Of a stretch of 64,000 bases of DNA, positions 43,229 through 54,473 are shown piece by piece. Positions within the stretch are counted from its first letter, which is position 1, and the number at the start of each line of letters is the position of its first letter. Both the position numbers and the translations under genes were made by a program. Under the pieces are notes generated by a model that saw nothing but the letters and a program-made list of their open reading frames with translations, was not told where the DNA came from and made no database searches. The stretch comes from Thermoplasmatota archaeon (GTDB lineage: Archaea; Thermoplasmatota; Thermoplasmata; Thermoplasmatales; GCA-001856825): positions 26 to 64,025 of the forward strand of contig JAMCUN010000004.1 in NCBI GenBank assembly GCA_023381415.1, written 5' to 3'.

Positions 43229-43483
43229 ATGGCGAAGTATAATATATTGATGCACGAGATGGTTCCGGAGCACTGGTTGGTCCCAGTCAAGGATGAGGAG
43301 AACATTTTGAAATCGCTTGGAGTGACCAAGGGGCAGCTTCCTAAAATTAGGAAATCGGACCCAGTCATAAAGGCTCTGGAGAAGATGGAGGGGGAAATTG
43401 TTCCAGGAAGGATTATTGAGATCGTGAGGAAGAGCAGGACAAGTGGAATAGCCAAGATATACAGGACCGTGATAGGTGAATAA
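43229..43483 (+). CDS. rpoH: RNA polymerase subunit Rpo5 (H)
   Basis: HEMVPEH, QLPKI...DP, RKSRTSG. Confidence 0.96.
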   Translation: MAKYNILMHEMVPEHWLVPVKDEENILKSLGVTKGQLPKIRKSDPVIKALEKMEGEIVPGRIIEIVRKSRTSGIAKIYRTVIGE

Positions 43484-43486
43484 TAG

Positions 43487-46400
43487 ATGTATAGTATTTT
43501 GAATACGTTTTTCAAGGAGATGGAGGTAGTAAACCATCAGCTTGTATCATACAACGACTTCATACCGACAGATGACAACCCAGATTCAGGAATGCAGCAG
43601 GTTTTTGATACCCTGAGAGTGACGGAGGACGATCTCCCGGGGGAGATGAAGCTGGACAGATCCAAAACAGGAGGGGTGGACATAAGGATAAGATTTGGGA
43701 GGCCCAAGAATGCAGAGAAGCAGGAGCCCACTGTTTCTATAGAACTTCCTAAAATCAGGGAGCCGACAGGGTCGGAGAACTACATCACCCCCCTGGAGGC
43801 AAGACTGAGGGACCTCAACTACATGGCGCCGCTATTTCTTGACTTCACTGTGCTTGAAGAGGATGCAGAGGTAAGGAACGAGAAGATCAAGATAGGAGAG
43901 TTCCCAGTGATGGTCAGATCCAAGATATGCATACTCCACAAGAACAACACAGACGAGTTCATAAGAAGAATCAACCTGAGGAAGGACGAAAGGATAAGAG
44001 GTATGACGGAAGAGGAGCTTCTGGCCCTTCCTTACGAGAAGAAGCTGCAGCTGCTGGGTGAAGACCCTCAGGATCCAGGGGGATATTTCATAATAGGAGG
44101 GACGGAGAGAACATTGATCTCTATGGAGGACCTGGCTCCGAACAAGATTATAGTGGAGTACGAAGAGAAGTACGACTCAAGGGTTGAGGTTGCAAAGATA
44201 TTCTCCCAGAAGGAAGGTTACAGGGCACTGATTGCAGTAGAGAGAAAGGCGGATGGTATACTCACAGTTTCAGTTCCTTCAATAGCAGGAACGATCCCGC
44301 TTGTTGTCCTCATGAAGGCGCTCGGGGTCGATAAGGATAAGGACATTTACGATTCAATAGTCACTGACGAACGCATGGTTCCAATAGTCCTAGCTAACAT
44401 AGAGGACTCGGAAAGCACAGAGCTTTACCCTCCGAGCGGGATCATGAGTGAGAAGGATGCAATCAACTACCTCGAGAAGAGGTTCGCAGCCGGCCAGGCG
44501 AAGGAATTCAGGGAAAAGAAGATGTCCCAGATACTCGACAAGAACCTTCTGCCCCACCTAGGAGACTCGATTCAGGACAGGACGAAGAAGGGAATCTACC
44601 TTGGAAGGATGGCGAGGGCTCTTCTGGAGCTGTACCTGGGGGTAAGGAAGGAGGACGACAAGGATCATCTAGCGAACAAGAGGATAAAGCTGTCAGGAGA
44701 CCTCCTTGAGGAGCTTTTCAGGAGTTCAGCGCAGGCACTTCTGAAAGACCTGAAGGGACAGCTTGAGAAGACGTACAACAGGAAAAGGGGGATCAGGCTC
44801 AACGCTGCGGTAAGGCAGGACGTTCTAAACGAAAAGCTGAAGCATGCGATATCAACAGGAAACTGGATAGGTGGAAGGACTGGAGTTTCGCAGTTGCTTG
44901 AAAGAACTTCGTACATAGCAACATTATCTCACCTGAGGAGGATATCATCTCCGCTTACCAGGTCGCAGCCGCATTTCGAAGCAAGGGATCTACACCCAAC
45001 GCAGTGGGGAAGGATGTGCCCCAATGAGACCCCAGAAGGGCAGAACTGCGGCCTTGTAAAGAACGCAAGCCTGGTCATAGATATAACTGAAGGCTATCCA
45101 GAAGAAAACATCATAGAGATGCTGAAGAAGATGGGGCTGGAAGAGATACTGGGAGAAAAACCCGGCCTCTCCAGGATATACGTCAACGGGAACCTGATCG
45201 GTTATCACAAGGATGGACAGAGCGTTGTAGCTGAGATAAGGAAGAAGAGGAGATCAGGGGCGATTTCAAATCAGGTGAATATAAGGTTCGACGACACCAC
45301 AAACGAAGTCATAATAAACACGGACAAGGGGAGGATAAGGAGGCCGTTGCTGATAGTATACAACGGCAAGATAAAGTTTAACGCATCGATGAGGGAAAAC
45401 CTGATCTCAGGAAAGATGGGAATCAAGGACCTGATATCCAACGGAGTCATAGAATGGCTCGACGCGGAAGAGGAAGAGAATGCGCTGGTCTCCATCTATC
45501 CGTATGAAAAACCGCTGAAGTGTCCACACTGCGGGACATACCTTTACAGCGACCTTACGGAATGGACGAATCCGGGTGAGGAAAACGTGAAGCTGAAGTG
45601 CCTGAAGTGTGGCGGATCATTTGAAGGAAAGAAGAGTTACGGTCCAGAGCATACTCACATGGAAATAGACCCGATGATGATACAGGGCGTCGTTGTTGGA
45701 GTTATACCCTATGCTGAACACAACCAGTCGCCCAGGGTAACTATGGGAGCAGCAATGACGAAACAGTCGCTCGGACTCTCATCCTCCAATTACAGGCTCA
45801 GGCCAGACACGAGGGGGCACGTTCTCCACTATCCGCAGAAGCCTATGGTGACAACTGGGGCGGCAAAATACATCAAGTACAACAGGAGGCCGTCTGGGCA
45901 GAACGCAGTTGTTGCTCTGATTTCTTATCACAACTACAACATACAGGATGCAGTAATAATAAACAAGGCATCTGTTGAGAGGGGGTTCGGAAGATCTGCA
46001 TTCTTCAGGACCTACAAGGCAGAGGAGAAGAGGTACCCTGGCGGTCAGGAGGACAAGTTCGAAATTCCGCCTCCAGAGGTCAGGGGAGTAAGGAGCGAGG
46101 AGTCGTACAGGAATCTGGATGAAAATGGGATGGTATCCCCCGAAACTTACGTTTCTGGTGGGGATGTGATAGTGGGAAAGACATCTCCGCCCAGATTCAT
46201 GGAGGAGGAGCAGAAGATATCGATCCAGAAGAGGAGGGAGAGCTCCATCACAAACAGGCCCGGGGAGACAGGTCATATAGATTCAGTAATACTTACAGTT
46301 TCGGAGAATAACAGCAGGCTGCTGAAGGTGAAGGTTAGGGACGACAGGATACCTGAGCTCGGGGACAAGTTCGCCAGCAGGCACGGGCAGAAGGGTGTAA

Positions 46401-47104
46401 TAGGAGCCATAGTGCCCCAGGAAGACATGCCATTCACAGAAGACGGAATCATACCGGACCTGATAATCAACCCTCACTCAATTCCAAGCAGAATGACCGT
46501 CGGTCACCTTCTAGAGACGATAGGGGGGAAGGTCGGTGCACTTGAAGGAAGGTTTGTCAACGGGACCGTTTTCGAGGGAGAACCTGAAGAATCCCTTAGG
46601 GAAGCACTGGAGGCAAACGGTTACAAATATTCTGGGAGGGAGACCATGTACGACGGCATAACTGGAAGGAAATTCAAGGCTGATATCTTCATAGGTGTCG
46701 TTTACTACCAGAAGCTCCACCACATGGTTGCCGGGAAGTTCCATGCAAGGTCGAGGGGACCGGTGCAGATACTGACGAGACAGCCAACTGAGGGAAGATC
46801 CAGGCAGGGTGGCCTGAGGTTCGGAGAGATGGAGAGGGATACGCTAATAGGACATGGGGCCGCCATGGCCATAAAGGACAGGCTGCTTGACCAGAGCGAT
46901 GGGTTTACCGTATATGTATGCGGAGACCCTGACTGCGGTCATGTTGCCATATACGACTACAAGACGCACCAGCTAAGATGCCCGGTATGCGGAAACACAA
47001 GCAACATAAGGCCGGTGGAAACAAGCTATGCATTCAAGCTGATGAGAGATGAACTGATGTCGTTAGGCGTTGTTATGAGGTTGAGGCTGGGTGATCTGAA
47101 ATGA
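43487..47104 (+). CDS. rpoB: RNA polymerase subunit Rpo2 (B, unsplit)
   Basis: [27 protein letters not shown]. Confidence 0.99.
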   Translation: MYSILNTFFKEMEVVNHQLVSYNDFIPTDDNPDSGMQQVFDTLRVTEDDLPGEMKLDRSKTGGVDIRIRFGRPKNAEKQEPTVSIELPKIREPTGSENYITPLEARLRDLNYMAPLFLDFTVLEEDAEVRNEKIKIGEFPVMVRSKICILHKNNTDEFIRRINLRKDERIRGMTEEELLALPYEKKLQLLGEDPQDPGGYFIIGGTERTLISMEDLAPNKIIVEYEEKYDSRVEVAKIFSQKEGYRALIAVERKADGILTVSVPSIAGTIPLVVLMKALGVDKDKDIYDSIVTDERMVPIVLANIEDSESTELYPPSGIMSEKDAINYLEKRFAAGQAKEFREKKMSQILDKNLLPHLGDSIQDRTKKGIYLGRMARALLELYLGVRKEDDKDHLANKRIKLSGDLLEELFRSSAQALLKDLKGQLEKTYNRKRGIRLNAAVRQDVLNEKLKHAISTGNWIGGRTGVSQLLERTSYIATLSHLRRISSPLTRSQPHFEARDLHPTQWGRMCPNETPEGQNCGLVKNASLVIDITEGYPEENIIEMLKKMGLEEILGEKPGLSRIYVNGNLIGYHKDGQSVVAEIRKKRRSGAISNQVNIRFDDTTNEVIINTDKGRIRRPLLIVYNGKIKFNASMRENLISGKMGIKDLISNGVIEWLDAEEEENALVSIYPYEKPLKCPHCGTYLYSDLTEWTNPGEENVKLKCLKCGGSFEGKKSYGPEHTHMEIDPMMIQGVVVGVIPYAEHNQSPRVTMGAAMTKQSLGLSSSNYRLRPDTRGHVLHYPQKPMVTTGAAKYIKYNRRPSGQNAVVALISYHNYNIQDAVIINKASVERGFGRSAFFRTYKAEEKRYPGGQEDKFEIPPPEVRGVRSEESYRNLDENGMVSPETYVSGGDVIVGKTSPPRFMEEEQKISIQKRRESSITNRPGETGHIDSVILTVSENNSRLLKVKVRDDRIPELGDKFASRHGQKGVIGAIVPQEDMPFTEDGIIPDLIINPHSIPSRMTVGHLLETIGGKVGALEGRFVNGTVFEGEPEESLREALEANGYKYSGRETMYDGITGRKFKADIFIGVVYYQKLHHMVAGKFHARSRGPVQILTRQPTEGRSRQGGLRFGEMERDTLIGHGAAMAIKDRLLDQSDGFTVYVCGDPDCGHVAIYDYKTHQLRCPVCGNTSNIRPVETSYAFKLMRDELMSLGVVMRLRLGDLK

Positions 47105-49749
47105 AAGTTGAAATTTCAAAGGGTATCGAGGAACTGAAGTTCGCACTGCTGTCGCCGGAGGAGGTAAGGAGGATGTCTGCCGTCAAGGTAATAACACCTG
47201 ATACGTACGACGATGACGGCTATCCCATAGAAAAGGGTCTGATGGACCCATCAATGGGTGTTATAGAACCAGGACTGAAGTGCAAGACATGCGGAGGGAA
47301 GGTGGACCAGTGCCCTGGTCACTTCGGCCATATAGAGCTTGCAATGCCAGTGGTGCATATAGGGTTCATCAAGGAAATATATTCGATACTTTCAAGCACC
47401 TGCTCAAACTGCGGAAGGATAAAGCTGCCTGAGGACAAGTTGAAGGAGTACTTCCAGAGGATAAAGGACACGGAGAACAGGCTCAGCGACATAGAATACG
47501 ACGACATAGTGTCAGAAGTGGAATCAGATGCGTCAGAGGTTGTGATATGCCCGCACTGCCACTTCGAAAACCAGAAGGTGGCCCTTGACAAGCCGACGAC
47601 GTTCCGAGAAGAGGGCAAGAAGCTAACGCCAAAGGAGATCAGGGAAAGGTTCGAAAAGATACAGAACGAGGATCTGCCTCTCATAGGCCTTGACCCAAAA
47701 GTAGCAAGGCCGGAATGGATGATCCTCACGGTATTCCCCGTGCCACCCGTGAACGTAAGGCCGACAATAACGCTTGAGACAGGTGAGAGGAGCGAAGACG
47801 ACCTTACCCACAAGCTTGTTGATGTCATAAGGATAAACCAGAGGCTGAGGGAAAACAGGGACCAGGGTAGCCCGCAGCTGATAATAGAGGACCTCTGGGA
47901 CCTGCTGCAGTATCACGTCACAACATATTTCGACAACCAGACTCCTGGGACCCCGCCGGCAAGGCACAGGTCAGGCAGGTCCCTCAAGACGCTGGTGCAG
48001 AGGCTCAAGGGAAAGGAGGGAAGGTTCAGGAGCAACCTCTCAGGGAAGAGGGTTAACTTCTCCGCAAGGACAGTGATCAGCCCGGAACCTTTCCTTTCGA
48101 TAAACCAGGTAGGTGTCCCGGCAAAGGCGGCAAGGGAACTGACCGTAACTGAGACGGTTACTGAACACAATTTCGAGCGGCTAAAGGAGCTGATAAGGAA
48201 CGGGCCAGGAAAGGAGGAAGGGGAGTACAGGCCCGGAGTCAACTACGTCTACAGGGCAGACGGGAGCAGGATCAAGATATCTGAGAAGAACGCAAGCGAA
48301 GTTGCGGAGAAGATGGAACTGGGTTGGCAGGTGGAGAGACAGATAGAGGACGGTGACATCGTACTGTTCAACAGGCAGCCTAGCCTGCACAGGATGTCCA
48401 TGATGGCACACGAAGTCAAGGTTCTGCCGTACAGGACGTTCAGGTTCAACCTTGCAGTATGCGCACCGTACAATGCAGACTTCGATGGCGATGAGATGAA
48501 CCTCCATGTACTGCAGAGCCAGGAGGCCAGGGCAGAGGCCGAGATTCTCATGAAAGTGCAGGAGAACTTCCTTTCACCAAGGTTTGGCGGACCGATCATG
48601 GGAGCGATTCACGACCACATCACAGCACTTTTCATGCTTACCTACAGGAATCCCCTCATACCGCTGGAAGCAGGGATTCACATAATGAGCTACATTGACG
48701 TCGACCATGTGCCGGAAACAGTGGAGGTGGACGGAAAGAAGTACTTCAAAGGGAGGGACATATTCTCGCTCATCCTGCCAAAGGGAGTGAACATTGAATT
48801 CAAGGGGAAACTGGGGGACAAGAGCCTCGATCCTAACGGCACTGAGGGGACGATAAAGATAGTAGACAGCGTTCTTGTGAACGGCGCAATAGATGAGAAT
48901 GCAATAGGGCAGTCAAAGGGTATCCTGCTCGACTATGTTCTGAGGAAGTACGGAAACGCGGAAGGGGCCAAGTTCCTGGACAACCTGACGAGACTGGCAG
49001 CAGGAGTGATAAGTTTCAACGGCTTCTCGACGGGCATTGACGACGAGGACGTACCAGGTGAGGCAAAGGCCCAGCTCAGGGAGGTCGGGAATGAGGCCGT
49101 CCAGAAGGTGGAGAAGTTAATAGAAAACTACAAGAACGGTCTTATTGGGATGGAACCAGGAAAGACCCTGGAAGATACGCTGGAGTCAATGGTCATGAAG
49201 ACGCTATCCCAGGCAAGGGAAAAGAGCTCCGAGATCGCATCTCACTATCTCGGTATGGACAACTCAACCGTTATCATGGCAAGGTCAGGGGCGAGGGCAA
49301 ACATGATGAACCTCGCTCAGATGGCAGGCATCATAGGGCAGCAGAGTATTAGGGGACAGAGGCAGCACAGGGGGTACACCAACAGGACTCTGCCGCACTT
49401 CAAGAAGGGGGACATAGGGGCGTATGCGAGGGGATTTGTGAGCTCTTCATACAAGGAAGGATTGAATCCCACTGAATATTTCTTCCACGCAACAGGAGGG
49501 AGAGAAGGGCTGGTCGATATTGCGGTCAGGACGTCAAGGTCAGGTTACATGCAGAGGAGACTTATCAACGCACTGGAGGACCTCAAGGTGTCGGAGGACG
49601 GAAGGGTCCTGGACACGGAAGATTCCATAATCCAGCTGGAATACGGAGAGGATGGCACGGATCCGTCGAGATCATTCGAGGGGGAGTCTGTGGATGTCGA
49701 CTACCTTGTAAAGGAGATGTTCGGAAACAAGTACGGAGGGAAAAAATGA
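47101..49749 (+). CDS. rpoA1: RNA polymerase subunit Rpo1N (A')
   Basis: CPGHFGH and catalytic [10 protein letters not shown]. Confidence 0.99.
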   Translation: MKVEISKGIEELKFALLSPEEVRRMSAVKVITPDTYDDDGYPIEKGLMDPSMGVIEPGLKCKTCGGKVDQCPGHFGHIELAMPVVHIGFIKEIYSILSSTCSNCGRIKLPEDKLKEYFQRIKDTENRLSDIEYDDIVSEVESDASEVVICPHCHFENQKVALDKPTTFREEGKKLTPKEIRERFEKIQNEDLPLIGLDPKVARPEWMILTVFPVPPVNVRPTITLETGERSEDDLTHKLVDVIRINQRLRENRDQGSPQLIIEDLWDLLQYHVTTYFDNQTPGTPPARHRSGRSLKTLVQRLKGKEGRFRSNLSGKRVNFSARTVISPEPFLSINQVGVPAKAARELTVTETVTEHNFERLKELIRNGPGKEEGEYRPGVNYVYRADGSRIKISEKNASEVAEKMELGWQVERQIEDGDIVLFNRQPSLHRMSMMAHEVKVLPYRTFRFNLAVCAPYNADFDGDEMNLHVLQSQEARAEAEILMKVQENFLSPRFGGPIMGAIHDHITALFMLTYRNPLIPLEAGIHIMSYIDVDHVPETVEVDGKKYFKGRDIFSLILPKGVNIEFKGKLGDKSLDPNGTEGTIKIVDSVLVNGAIDENAIGQSKGILLDYVLRKYGNAEGAKFLDNLTRLAAGVISFNGFSTGIDDEDVPGEAKAQLREVGNEAVQKVEKLIENYKNGLIGMEPGKTLEDTLESMVMKTLSQAREKSSEIASHYLGMDNSTVIMARSGARANMMNLAQMAGIIGQQSIRGQRQHRGYTNRTLPHFKKGDIGAYARGFVSSSYKEGLNPTEYFFHATGGREGLVDIAVRTSRSGYMQRRLINALEDLKVSEDGRVLDTEDSIIQLEYGEDGTDPSRSFEGESVDVDYLVKEMFGNKYGGKK

Positions 49750-51287
49750 CAATTCTTGCTTGGAAGGACACGCTGAAGAAGGTCAAGGAACTCATTGATA
49801 AGGCCCCTGTCGGCTACGTACTGGACTACGAAGTCCAGCCGGATAAGTCGATAAAGGAGGCGCTCATAACAGTCACGGGGAAGACGTTCGTTGCGAAGGC
49901 CAAGATCTCTAAAATAGCGCCTTATGAGAACGAGAAGAACGTCCTCAAGAAAAAGAAGGACAGGCTCAAGACCCTCGTCATGGTTGAAAAAATTGAGGAG
50001 ATACAGGACGACATAGTGAATTACGAGGAGGTATCAGGAGGGTCCATAGACAAGATACTCTCATTCTCTGTACTTGCCAAAAAGGAAGAGGCCAAGATAG
50101 AGCAGAGGGAACCGATGGAGGAAAAGCTCAGCAGCGACGTGAAGAGCCTCCTGAGGCAGGTTGAGAAGGATGGGGAGAAGCTTCCTGTAAAGATAGCAGA
50201 GAAGTTGGCCGAAGCCAAGAAGCAGTACAAGATAGAGGGGAAGGACTTCGACAAGCTTGTGAAGGCAACGATAGAGAAGTACAAGGAAACGGGCGTGGAT
50301 GCCTACGAGGCTGTCGGAATCGTAGGTGCGCAGAGCATAGGGGAGCCAGGCACGCAGATGACGATGAGGACATTCCACTTTGCGGGTGTCGCTGAAATGG
50401 ATGTCACACTGGGCCTGCCAAGGCTCATAGAGATAGTTGATGCGAGGAAGACGCCAAGCACGCCATCCATGACGATATACATGACTGAAAAGGCCAGGGG
50501 GGATGAGGACAGAGCCGTTGCACTAGCACGTTCTATAGAATCCACGACCCTCCTTGATGTGGCAGATATAGAGGTCAATACCACGGAAAGCTACGTACTT
50601 ATAATGCTTGACAAGCAGAAGATGCTGGAGAGGGGGCTGAAGAGGGAGGAAATTCTCCCGAGGCTTAAGAAGATAAGGATGCAGAAGACAACAATAACAG
50701 AGGAGGATGACCAGATCAAGCTTTCCCTAGATGAGCCATCGTTCAAGAAGATATACCAGCTCTACGAGAACCTCAAGACATTCCAGGTGAAGGGACTAGA
50801 TGGCATAAAGAGGGCGATAGTGAAGTTCGACCAGAAGGCAAAGGAATGGGTAATATACACGCAAGGATCAAACCTTGCCGGGGTTCTGGAACTGAAGGAC
50901 GTGGACTTTGCGAGGACAAAGACAAACGACATAATCGAGATATCGCAGGTTCTTGGAGTGGAAGCAGCGAGAGAGGCGATAATAGAGGAGAGCACATCCA
51001 CGCTTCACAATGCAGGACTAAACACAGATATCAGGCACCTCATGCTGGTGGCAGACATGATGACATTCACGGGCGTGGTCGAGGCAATAGGCAGGCACGG
51101 AATATCGGGAAAGAAGGCATCAGTGCTGGCAAGGGCGGCGTTCGAAATAACTAGCAAGCATCTGCTGAACGCAGGACTGATTGGGGAAGTGGACAGGCTG
51201 AACGGTGTTGCAGAAAATATTATAGTGGGACAACCCATCACCCTTGGTACAGGTGCAGTAAAACTTTCGTACAGGAGAGAGGAATAA
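49746..51287 (+). CDS. rpoA2: RNA polymerase subunit Rpo1C (A'') with N-terminal extension
   Basis: [28 protein letters not shown]. Confidence 0.98.
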   Translation: MTILAWKDTLKKVKELIDKAPVGYVLDYEVQPDKSIKEALITVTGKTFVAKAKISKIAPYENEKNVLKKKKDRLKTLVMVEKIEEIQDDIVNYEEVSGGSIDKILSFSVLAKKEEAKIEQREPMEEKLSSDVKSLLRQVEKDGEKLPVKIAEKLAEAKKQYKIEGKDFDKLVKATIEKYKETGVDAYEAVGIVGAQSIGEPGTQMTMRTFHFAGVAEMDVTLGLPRLIEIVDARKTPSTPSMTIYMTEKARGDEDRAVALARSIESTTLLDVADIEVNTTESYVLIMLDKQKMLERGLKREEILPRLKKIRMQKTTITEEDDQIKLSLDEPSFKKIYQLYENLKTFQVKGLDGIKRAIVKFDQKAKEWVIYTQGSNLAGVLELKDVDFARTKTNDIIEISQVLGVEAAREAIIEESTSTLHNAGLNTDIRHLMLVADMMTFTGVVEAIGRHGISGKKASVLARAAFEITSKHLLNAGLIGEVDRLNGVAENIIVGQPITLGTGAVKLSYRREE

Positions 51288-51563
51288 ATGGACTACAATT
51301 GGGAACTAGGCAGGCTGAAGGAGACGGGAAAATTCGTGCTGGGAGCTCGGGCTACGGAAAAGCTGGGAAAGAAGGGAAGCATAAAGGCTCTCGTAATGGC
51401 AGACGAGCCGCAGTTAAAGGGAAAATACGAAGACATAAAGGCGCCAAAGTTTATCGTCCCTCTCAACTCAATTCAGCTGGGTAACACATTTGGCAAGCCG
51501 TTTGCAGTCTCTGTGGTGGGAGTCATAGATTCAGGTGTCTCTCAGTTCAGGGAGAATGAGTGA
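51288..51563 (+). CDS. rpl30e: 50S ribosomal protein eL30 (L30e), shortened and divergent
   Basis: TGKFVLG, LG..FGKPF.VS....D.G.S; canonical position between rpoA2 and nusA. Confidence 0.88.
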   Translation: MDYNWELGRLKETGKFVLGARATEKLGKKGSIKALVMADEPQLKGKYEDIKAPKFIVPLNSIQLGNTFGKPFAVSVVGVIDSGVSQFRENE

Positions 51564-51997
51564 ATTTGGGCGAAATAACCCTTGATACAAGGAGCCTTGA
51601 CCTGATACAGCTCTTCGAGAAATCAATTGGGCTGCCGGTTAAGGACGTGATGGAAACAGAGGACGTGATATTCTACGTCCTTGAGAAAGGGGGGACTTAC
51701 AAGCTGTTCACAAACGACGACAAGAAGCGGGCCCTGGACAAAATAAAGGAAAACGTGAAGAAGAGGGTGAATGTCCTGGACTATGCAGCAGAGCCCGAAC
51801 AGTTCTTCAGGAACCTCTTCTACAGGTACAAGGTGATATCCCTCAACATTACAGCGGGGGAGAGCGGATACGTAGTCAACGTGAAGGTGGACCCCAACTA
51901 CAAGGCATCTGCGATAGGTAAGGAGGCAAAGAACCTGAAGACGGCGATGCAGCTTGCTAAGAGGCATTTCACGATAGCACGCCTGTACATTGAGTGA
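51560..51997 (+). CDS. nusA: Archaeal NusA-like KH protein
   Basis: AIGKEAKN KH motif; position in the RNA polymerase operon. Confidence 0.88.
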   Translation: MNLGEITLDTRSLDLIQLFEKSIGLPVKDVMETEDVIFYVLEKGGTYKLFTNDDKKRALDKIKENVKKRVNVLDYAAEPEQFFRNLFYRYKVISLNITAGESGYVVNVKVDPNYKASAIGKEAKNLKTAMQLAKRHFTIARLYIE

Positions 51998-52040
51998 ATC
52001 CACCCTTCCAATGGAACCCGTTGCTGCCGACACCCTATTT

Positions 52041-52274
52041 TTATTGCTGAATATCCACTAGTTTCTTCGGCGATGATCTACCGGAGACTATCCTGATGTT
52101 CGCTTGTGGGACGGAGTAGAATCTTGAAAGTTGCCTTATAATATCCATATTTGCCCTGTCGTTCTTTCTTTTTTCTGTGGTGTGGATCACAATTATGCCC
52201 TCCTTCTCCTCCACCTTGTCTTTGCCCCTCTTCACGATCACTTCGACCCTCACTTCTTGTCCTTCCTTCAGCAT
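52041..52274 (-). CDS. DUF167/UPF0235 family protein
   Basis: RAN..I...L..FY.V....I.IVSG.SS..K. Confidence 0.8.
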   Translation of the reverse strand: MLKEGQEVRVEVIVKRGKDKVEEKEGIIVIHTTEKRKNDRANMDIIRQLSRFYSVPQANIRIVSGRSSPKKLVDIQQ

Positions 52275-52367
52275 TTTGAATAAGACGAAACTCAATAATT
52301 TTTTGGAATGCTGGCCTGGTATATCTCCAGAGGCTGGATAGGCAGGAAGAATAGAAGGGACGTTGAT

Positions 52368-53531
52368 TTACCTTCCGAGGAGATAGAATTTAGAGCTGTC
52401 GAAAATCTTGACAATCCTCCTTTCTCCCAGCCTTCCAGACTTGAGAACAACAGGATGATAGTTCTCATCCCTCCCCACCACTGTCCTATTCTTACCCGTC
52501 TCGGTGATGAGTACCTCCTCTTCAATCCCGACGAATCGTTTGAGTGAATCAACTGAAATGTCCCTGTGCAGCTCGGAGAATATCTGGCTCCACTGGGCAG
52601 TCTGGTTAGACGGAGGGGTCTTCCAGGAGTATGCCGCAGTTCCAGGCCTCGGGGAGTATCTTGTCACATTGAGTATCTCCGGCCTGACCTCTCTGATGAC
52701 CCGTGCAGTCTCACGGAGTCCCTCCACAGTCTCGTTGGGAAATCCGACTATCACGTCTGTGCTCAGCATACCTGCAGGAAACTCTGCCCTGAACTTCCTG
52801 ACAACTTCCAGGAATCTTTCAATCCTGTACTGCCTACCCATCTTCCTCAGGACGACCTGGTCTCCGCTCTGGAATGGGATGTGAAGGAACTTGTACACCT
52901 TTCCTGATCTCATTACGCCCAAGAGATCATCAATTATCGAGCCGGCATTTTCAGGCTCCATCATGCCTATCCTAATCTTGAAATCGCCATCAATCCCAGC
53001 TATCCTGCTCACGAGCGCTGGAAGGGATGTAGAGCTGTCTTGTCCGTATGAACCGGTATCAAGTGCAGTGAGCCTTATCTCCTTTGCACCCCTGTTCACA
53101 AGCTCCCTGACTGACCGGACTATATCGTCCTCGTTGAAACTTTTCAGCCTTCCCCTTGCGATTCTCGATATGCAGAATGTGCACCCGCCATCACATCCCT
53201 CAGCAATTGGGACGCCTGCGCTGAGATTACCGTCCTTCAGTATGGGGAGTTTCCCATATGAAACTGAAAAATCAAGCCTCTTAACATCTTCAGGAACGTT
53301 GGTCAGGCAACCAGAGACTATGACATCCTTCCCCTGATTCCTCACTTGCTCTATCCTCCTTAGCATGCGGTCTTCAGTGTGCTTGATGACGACGCAGGTC
53401 GATATGAGGACGGAGTCAGCCGATTCCACGTCTTCAACAAGTTGATTTCCCTGGGAGATTAGGGAGTTTGCGATCATCTCCCCCTGTGCCTGATTGAGGG
53501 TGCATCCGTAGTTCTCAAGGTAGAATTTCAT
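52368..53531 (-). CDS. mtaB: tRNA t6A37 methylthiotransferase (MtaB/CDKAL1-like)
   Basis: YGCTLN, CxxxCxxC (CDGGCTFC), YSPRPGT, C-terminal TRAM. Confidence 0.88.
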   Translation of the reverse strand: MKFYLENYGCTLNQAQGEMIANSLISQGNQLVEDVESADSVLISTCVVIKHTEDRMLRRIEQVRNQGKDVIVSGCLTNVPEDVKRLDFSVSYGKLPILKDGNLSAGVPIAEGCDGGCTFCISRIARGRLKSFNEDDIVRSVRELVNRGAKEIRLTALDTGSYGQDSSTSLPALVSRIAGIDGDFKIRIGMMEPENAGSIIDDLLGVMRSGKVYKFLHIPFQSGDQVVLRKMGRQYRIERFLEVVRKFRAEFPAGMLSTDVIVGFPNETVEGLRETARVIREVRPEILNVTRYSPRPGTAAYSWKTPPSNQTAQWSQIFSELHRDISVDSLKRFVGIEEEVLITETGKNRTVVGRDENYHPVVLKSGRLGERRIVKIFDSSKFYLLGR

Positions 53532-53708
53532 GGTGGATCTTGCGTTCAGGGGATGAACATGAATTAATAGAAAATTGTAACGACATTCCTTTAGCTAATT
53601 TCAAGGAGGAATGGCAGGCAGGTGGAATCAGGGGAAAGCAGATGATGAGAGCCTCTTTAAATCTATTCAATATAGAATAAGTTAATCTTTAGATTTGATT
53701 GTGGGGCT

Positions 53709-54392
53709 GTGGGAAGAATACTCGAACTCTCTATCACCCAAACCGACTGTCCACATCCTGTGATAACTGCAAGAATGAAGGGGCTGTCAATCCTGGTAAT
53801 GAATACTGTGAAGCTTAGCGAGAAGAAACAGATGAACTTCAGCATCTTCAGGACATCGAACCAGAAGAGCACGAAAGAGGCAATCAGAATGCTGTCTAAG
53901 TTCCCGGATCTTGAAATACACGAGATCGTCGGAATCAAGAAGCAGCTATTTTCAGCAATATACTCCTTCCCCACCACTTCCGCCCTGCAGAGGCTATCCG
54001 CATTTGGATTCAGGATTTACCCCATCTTTGCAAGTGACGGGATAGAGAAGTGGTTCTATCATCTATCTGATGAGAACATAGCCCCTTTGCTTTCTGCGAT
54101 AGACGACGAAACAACTAAACTGGTGGATTGGAGGAAGCTAAGCGTTTCGGAATTCTACGAGACCTATACGCAGCTGTTTCAGGATATATGGAGGATACAC
54201 CAGGTCGAGGATCTGCCTCCCCAGAACAGGGAAATACTTGAGAAGGCAGTAAGGCTGGGTTACTATGACTGGCCCAGGAGAATATCTCTTTCCTCTCTGA
54301 GCAAGACCATCAACCTGCCGAAGTCCACGCTGTCATACAGATTAAGGAGGGCTGAAAAAGAGCTATTCATCCAGAGGACAAAACGCACCTGA
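53709..54392 (+). CDS. Bacterio-opsin activator (HTH_10) family transcriptional regulator
   Basis: N-terminal DCP; C-terminal A...GYYDWPRR.SL..L......STLS..LRRAE. Confidence 0.88.
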   Translation: MGRILELSITQTDCPHPVITARMKGLSILVMNTVKLSEKKQMNFSIFRTSNQKSTKEAIRMLSKFPDLEIHEIVGIKKQLFSAIYSFPTTSALQRLSAFGFRIYPIFASDGIEKWFYHLSDENIAPLLSAIDDETTKLVDWRKLSVSEFYETYTQLFQDIWRIHQVEDLPPQNREILEKAVRLGYYDWPRRISLSSLSKTINLPKSTLSYRLRRAEKELFIQRTKRT

Positions 54393-54417
54393 CTTCAATA
54401 TGAAGCGAATACCTGAG

Positions 54418-54455
54418 AATTCCCCGGAGGGGAAATTGAAATAAGGTTATAAATA
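54418..54455 (+). promoter_or_regulatory. Palindrome immediately upstream of BRE/TATA of the GGT-family gene
   Basis: AATTCCCC-gga-GGGGAAATT (54418-54437) then GTTATAAATA about 20-28 nt before ATG 54474. Confidence 0.5.
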
Positions 54456-54473
54456 AAGAAGGAGTGGAGTTTC

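Noticed and set aside
52308-52547. 79-aa plus-strand ORF overlapping the 3' end of mtaB
   Set aside because: Mostly antisense to a conserved gene; no independent support
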